This document shows, in pieces, positions 58,200 to 64,000 of a stretch of 64,000 nt of DNA. How positions within the stretch are numbered: position 1 is the first letter of the stretch; every line of letters starts with the position of its first letter. The DNA lies in contig LSRY02000068.1 of assembly GCA_001643675.2 (NCBI GenBank), forward strand, positions 62,001-126,000, in the 5' to 3' direction. This DNA is from Monocercomonoides exilis PA203. Taxonomy: Eukaryota; Protista; Preaxostyla. Below the pieces are notes generated by a model, which saw only the letters and a program-made list of their open reading frames with translations, made no database searches and was not told the origin of the DNA. The translations under genes and the position numbers were made by a program.

Positions 58200-59460
58200 T
58201 TACTCAGCTTCAACTAAACAAAAAAGACAAAAAAAATTATTAAAAATAAAATTAATGAAAAACAAGAAATCAAACCAGTCCCTGACAACTCAATTGTTGG
58301 GATGGCAGTTTGGACAAATTTCAAAAATGTGAAGAAGTATTGTTCAGGTTTAATCTGTCTGCCAGCCTCTTTTTCTCTGTCAATCAGAGATTTCATAGTT
58401 TGTGCATGCTTGCATGGATGGATAGAAGCGGTTGGTACATCTAAATGAGGATGTTCATCGACAGTGGCTGTTTTGTTTGCATGTTCCTAATTTTGCATTT
58501 TAAAATGAATAAATAAGAATAAATATTTTTTTTCAAAAAAAAAAGTGTATTGTTAAAAAAAAAAGTAGAAGAAGAAAATTTTCAAACAGTAGCCATGTCT
58601 TCGAAAATTTGTTCAGGAGTAAGTGGAGTTGAACCGTCTTCGGCATAGCCTTTCAGATACAAACGTGGTGAGTAATAATAGATATCATAAGTGATGGTTG
58701 CATCATAAGTTCTGAATGATGGGCCAGCAGATGATGGAGCACTCTATTTAACACACATAAAAAAAGAAATAAATAAATAAAGAGAAAGTATTGAAAATTA
58801 ATGGAAAATAAACAACTTCCTATCAAACCGATGAATCGGAAAAGTCGAACATATCGTCTTCATCATCTGAGCTGGATGATGGTGCAGCACTTGATGAAGC
58901 CGCTTCTGCAGGTTTGCTAACATCTATAAAATAATAATAATAATAATATATTATTAAATCAATAAACCGAAAAAAAAAAGTTCAAGCTCACCTTCATCTG
59001 GAGCAACCCAATCATCTTCTCCTTCATCGAGCTTTTTCTCTAATCCTGAACCTGTAACAGCTGAAGCGCGCTTTCTGCATGGAACGCCTTTTAATTCAAG
59101 AAACTGTTTGTCTCTTGGAAGATATGGAAGAATATTTTCTTCTTTTCCAGTGCACCTGTTGAATTTTTTAAATAAATGCAATTATTTAAAAATTGTTCAA
59201 ATAAATTATGAAAAATAATACCAATGCCATTGGGGGCATTTTGAACGTAAGAGATCACCTTCGAAAATCGATTTGATAACCAAATAAGAAATGAATCATT
59301 AAATCAAATTAAACAACAACAAACCAGCTTGAACAAATTCAGCAGGGGTCACCTTTCCGTCCTGAAGAAAGGTTGATTTTGTTGGCACGGTTGCTGTTTT
59401 CCGTGCTTCCTTTTTTCCTTTTTCACGAATAGCTCGATCTATCTTATCAATAAATGACAT
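58200..59460 (-). CDS. ATG3: Autophagy E2-like conjugating enzyme Atg3, 7 exons
   Basis: Spliced translation: [28 protein letters not shown]...[16 protein letters not shown]...[23 protein letters not shown]...[22 protein letters not shown]...ASIHPCKHA...[17 protein letters not shown]. The catalytic HPC motif is intact, and there are six GT-AG introns in phase. Confidence 0.95.
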
Positions 59461-59576
59461 CTTGTTATGGGCTAGATCTTTTTGTTTCATTTTTATTCGG
59501 TAACAAACCGAAAATAAATACACTTTCTTCAAAAAGTGTTAATATTATTTGTTGATTAATTTTTATTTAAGTTTAA

Positions 59577-60388
59577 ATGATGAGTCGTGGAGGAATTGTT
59601 GCATTTGTGTTTTTCTTTCATTTCGTTTGTGGGTATTGCTCATCTTCAAATAATGACACCATACCAGATCCTGGACAATGCGCAGGACCTTTAGATAGAA
59701 TTCTTTGGTCACGTGAGCATTGGAAGTTGACAAATTTTGGCTGTCCTCTTCGTTTGTATTTATTTCTATTTCTATTTTTCATAACTGAATCAATCTAATG
59801 CAGACAAAGTGTTTTTCTTTCCTGATGAAGATTCTTCTAAAGAAGGAAAGGTTGAAAATTAGATTAAATTTTTTTAAATTATTTCGTATTTTTTTCTATT
59901 TTTTAACTTTTTTTCCAAATATGTTAATAAGTGTGGAGAATGTTATCCCGGAACAAGTGGGCGCAGCAGCTCTGAAAAATATTGCAAGTCTAACGAATAT
60001 TGCACTGATGAAGGGAAATGTGCTTCAATTTTAACTCATCCAAATTTTCAATTTGATTGTCCCTCTCATGGGCAATCAAAAGAACAAGACTTCTGTGGTG
60101 CAGGATTATATTGCATTAGGCATAAGTGCGTACAATGTGTAGATTGGGAAACAGATTACGAAACTTGGGAGGTTTGGATTTTGTAAAAGAATGTTTTGCT
60201 TGTTGTTTTAAATTTTCATGTTATTAATTGTTTGTTTTTTATATAAATTACAGACATGTTACAAGGGAAGATGGTCTCGAAACTATATTTTATATTTTTT
60301 GGCTCAGCCTTCAAGGTTAATGTTGTTTATTACTGCACTATCATCGGTGTGCATCCATGTTCAATATTTTTTGTTTAACAAATTGTAA
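59577..60388 (+). CDS. Small Cys-rich secreted/membrane-anchored protein, 4 exons
   Basis: Introns 59752-59803, 59851-59931 and 60172-60253 give a continuous frame: signal-like N-terminus, CGECYPG..YCKSNEYCTDEGKC..DCP..FCGAGLYCIRHKCVQC..TCYKGRW, hydrophobic C-terminus and TAA at 60386-88. Confidence 0.8.
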
Positions 60389-61021
60389 ATCTTCAATTAA
60401 TTATGATTATTTTAAGATGTTATATTTTGCAATGAAAATAGCTGCACTGATGCAGAACTGCATTAAAAAGGAAACAAATACACAGACGAAAAAGAAATCA
60501 ACATAATAACTTTGAACGATTATCTGTCACTTTTAGAGTTTTGTTTGCATATTTGAGATAATGAAAAATAATTCATCCGTAATATTAATTTCTTGAAAGA
60601 TCAGCAATTGTATTTGTACAATTATTTAAAAATTGGATGACCAAATTTCCAATTTTTTTGTTGTTATTATTTCCTTTGATTCTTTACAAAAATTAGAAAG
60701 CAATATTCAATCAACATTTCAATTCCATCAATTGGAAAAAGTTTCAATTATGAGTTATTTGTAATGCAAGCATCAATTATGATTAATTTTTTTTATAATT
60801 AAACATGAAATTAACAGTTTCTTTTTTATGGAGTTTTATTTATTCTCAATCAGTTTTGAACAAAAATAATGATTATGCTGTTAAATCAATGTTGAATTTG
60901 CGATAAATTTTTGATTGCGAATAATTTCCTTTTTTTGTGCATACTGGGAATATTTTTGATTTTCTTTTGTGAAAAAGTGATCTTTTTAATTTGAGAAACA
61001 AGAAAAAATATTTTTTAATAT

Positions 61022-61462
61022 ATGACAGATCGCGACATAATTTTGGATAAACGGAAAATAGCCTTTTTATTAATGGAATTTGGTGGTCCTCCCTCATGCT
61101 TTGTTACGCTATGGAATGTTTTCAGTTTCACTCGAAAGGATGAAGATGAGGTTGCACAACCCGACAAAAAATTATCTTTATTATTAAAAAAGTCCAAAGG
61201 AGAAATAAAGATAAAATCAATCGAGTGGAAGAAAGCAACAAACTTTTACAAAGAAATTGAAGTCCCAAAAGTCATGACAATTTCCAACATCTTTCTTTCT
61301 CCAAAGGGAAAAAATCCATTCATTATTGAATACAAAGGATTTGAAAACAAAAGACATCAAAATGCATGTTGTTTCATCTGCAGTCAAATTATACCAAGAA
61401 GGGAGGTAAGCAAAATGGTAGACCATTCACGTGTAATGTGTAGCTCTTGTTCTTCTCGATAG
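61022..61462 (+). CDS. Hypothetical 146-aa ORF with C-terminal CxxC...CxxC (possible Zn finger)
   Basis: Open frame in very AT-rich context, ending CFIC-x16-CSSC. It may be a fragment. Confidence 0.4.
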   Translation: MTDRDIILDKRKIAFLLMEFGGPPSCFVTLWNVFSFTRKDEDEVAQPDKKLSLLLKKSKGEIKIKSIEWKKATNFYKEIEVPKVMTISNIFLSPKGKNPFIIEYKGFENKRHQNACCFICSQIIPRREVSKMVDHSRVMCSSCSSR

Positions 61463-62059
61463 TATGAATTATTATTTTTGTTTTTTTGCATTAATGCTCA
61501 TAATTCCTTAAGTTCGCAATCATTGCATAATGTCACTTGCCCAAAAACTTGAGACAATAAAAGTGCATTTTGTGTTTTTATTATGATGCGAAATGAAATA
61601 TTTGTTGAGAAAAAAACTGAAAAAGAGCTTAATTGATCATGTTTCCGTTTAGCATGATTGAATGTATCGTTTGCAAAATTGTTATATTTGAATTATTCGC
61701 GTATGACCTGTGTGAATGATATCTCTATCAACATGAAGTCATATATTTTTGTGGACAAATTTTTTCATCAAAATAATTTTTTTGTTTTTTAATATTTCAT
61801 ATGTTTGCGTTACAACAATTCTCTATTTTTTTATAAAATGAAAAATGATGTTTAAATATCTCATCAATCTGAAATTTTATGATCATTCCATTAAATAATT
61901 CATTTTTGTTGTTTTCTCAAAAAATTGTGAAAATTTTCAGAAAATGTTTTTTATTTTGCTTTAAAGATAGTTTTTATCTTTCAATATGCAATTTTGCAAT
62001 ATGCTTGTTTTCAATTATGAACTTCGAAAGCGTCTGAAGCATCCATCAACAAATATGCT

Positions 62060-63000
62060 AAATAATTAATTAAAATAGAAAAGATTGTTGAAGGTGTTTG
62101 CATAAGAATTGAGAATGACAATTTTTGTTTGATGAAGTTTGTAGAACCATGCAATTTTCTTCCCTATCAGTTGAAGATTTCTTTATCGTTCAAAAGAATA
62201 TCAAATGTTTCAAAATGATTAAAGATACACGGAGCAATATATTTAGTGACTTTCATAAAGATTTCAAAAGGAGATATTTATAAATAAGGAAAATGAGGAA
62301 TGAATGAAATCTTTCTGGTTTATCTTTGAGAAAGAAATTCAATATTGCGCAAGAGTCGCATTTTACCAAAATTGCTGAATGTTTTTTGAATTTTCTGCCT
62401 GGATGCCATATCTGGAAAGAGGAATGAGGGAAATCACGAATGGAAGTGAAAATGACATCACTTTCGTTGAGTTGTGTTGCAATGTCTACAGTATGGAATT
62501 ATTCTTCTTTTCATTCTTTATTGTTTTTTCTAGTTCTTTTGCAAAGAGTGAAAAAAGAACCTTATCAAAATTAGAAAATAGAAAACATCATATATCATCG
62601 TGAGTATTGAAATTTTCACAACTTGCATTTTATTCTTCTTAGAAGTTTTTATTGGAAAATTTTGACAAAAAAGTTGGAAAATGCAATTGTTTTAGAATTT
62701 CATATTACGAAAGATGCAGCAAGAGAAGTGGAAGAGCAGCTAGAATATGTTGATTAGAAAGGAAGGGAAGAAGAAGATATAGTTTTATTTCCTCAATATT
62801 ATTATATGTAATAATATTCTAAGCATTATATCTTGTGAGAATAAATCATAAATAAATATTAAAATGGAATGAGTGGAATTCAAAGATTGACCGAGTGTTA
62901 AAACGAAACATTTGCATTTGGAAGCACGTTTGTCATTGTGTGTGATTAGTTGTTAGAATGTTATCTGATGATTTGCTGAAATCTGATGTGATTGTCCTGA
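62060..63000 (+). pseudogene. Decayed paralog of the 24959-26471 repeat-family gene
   Basis: 62695-62775 (gaatttcatattacgaaagatgcagcaagagaagtggaagagcagctagaatatgttgattagaaa) aligns with 25863-25930 (gaactacatttcgcaaaagaggcagcaagagaattggaagagctgatgaaatatgtggattggaag), with TGG changed to TAG. Confidence 0.65.
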
Positions 63001-63629
63001 TTTGTGAGAAAACTACATTTTAATTAAAGTCGAGTATAACAATAATTACGAGAGCTTCTCCATGTTTATGATAGAATGATAGAATGATTTATGGATATTA
63101 AATCAATTAATAAGTTATTTCAGCAAACGATTTTGCCTTAAAAATGTTGTTTGATGAATTCATTAACTGCTTCATCAATTTTTGAAACGTTCCATAACAT
63201 GTGCTTTTCGCAATAAAGATTCGAGAAAATATATTTTGTTGAATTGTAAAAAAGCATTTGAAAAGAAATAATCAGAAGAAAATTATTTACAAGTTCATTT
63301 GAGCAACTGAATTAGAATTTTGTTAATATTTGCATATGTGAGTTAAACGTATATATCACTATTTTCTTTGACGTTCTGAGAAAAAGAATTTTACTGAAAT
63401 AGAAAGAATATTTTGATATTTGATAATGATATTTTCATTCTTTGTCCATATTCTAACAGTAAATGGAAATTTTATAAGAAATGATAAATGAATAAAAATC
63501 AAAAATTAGTCAGAAATAATTCAATCAATTTCAAGTTTTTTGGTTTTGAAATGTGAAATTTTTTCACTTGATATTTCAAAAAACATAATTATGGTTTGTG
63601 ACAATAACTTTAAAACAATAGATTTCCTG

Positions 63630-64000
63630 ATGAAGAAGGCACCTTTATCTTCAAAACAACAAAATCAAAAGGCAAAAAAGGATATAAAATTTCATACAAT
63701 GGCTGATTTTACTCAGCGCCGTCAAAATACAAAGCATCCTGTTGTAACAATGAATAAGCGAAGGGTGTCTCGAACAAGCGCAGATGTCGCATTAAAACAG
63801 CGTGAGCAAACACTAGGAGAAGAATTAGATTCGTTAACAAGGAAAAATGTGGTTATGGATATGCGTTTTACACGTAGCGAAGGAATGGATACGGAAGATA
63901 AGGCACTGCGTTCTTTTGTGAGAGAAAGACAAGAAAGAGCAAAGCAGCAGTTTAATTTAGATAATTTTGATGATCAGTTATCGGGTCATCTTGGAGATAT
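63630..64000 (+). CDS. NOP14: Nucleolar SSU processome protein Nop14, 5' part (truncated by window end)
   Basis: An open frame from ATG 63630 reads ...KQREQTLGEELDSLTRKNVVMDMRF...EDKALRSFVRERQ...FNLDNFDDQLSGHLG, matching the Nop14 N-terminal pattern (RK.TL..E...K.N.F.D.RF...L.RF..ERQ..FNL...LTH.G). Confidence 0.75.
   Translation, partial: MKKAPLSSKQQNQKAKKDIKFHTMADFTQRRQNTKHPVVTMNKRRVSRTSADVALKQREQTLGEELDSLTRKNVVMDMRFTRSEGMDTEDKALRSFVRERQERAKQQFNLDNFDDQLSGHLGD

Noticed and set aside
1-64000. tRNA, rRNA, snRNA or prokaryotic operon/defence features
   Set aside because: None could be recognised by eye. tRNAscan-SE or Rfam searches would be needed to exclude small RNAs.

Overview
Eukaryotic genomic DNA: AT-rich intergenic stretches, short GT-AG introns, standard genetic code and giant Ser-rich exons. 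The gene families and composition suggest an oxymonad such as Monocercomonoides (inference). In order: (1) a 3'-truncated, intron-containing DDB1/SF3B3/CPSF160-type beta-propeller gene (minus); (2) an accessory block of about 20 kb holding a 3057-aa beta-helix/TM/pseudokinase receptor-like gene, decayed gene fragments, a lineage-specific repeat-family gene and a TIR-bounded, decayed DD35D pogo transposon; (3) an ARM-like gene head-to-head with a 4153-aa MAST/Greatwall/Rim15-like AGC kinase; (4) a convergent ~4225-aa rhodanese plus dual-specificity phosphatase (MKP-like); (5) ATG3 with 7 exons, a small Cys-rich membrane protein, an orphan CxxC ORF, a pseudogene and the 5' end of NOP14. The most striking observation is that the adjacent giant kinase and giant phosphatase each have their catalytic domain split by an in-frame, low-complexity insertion of about 810 aa. 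All gene models were spliced by hand and need RNA-seq confirmation.
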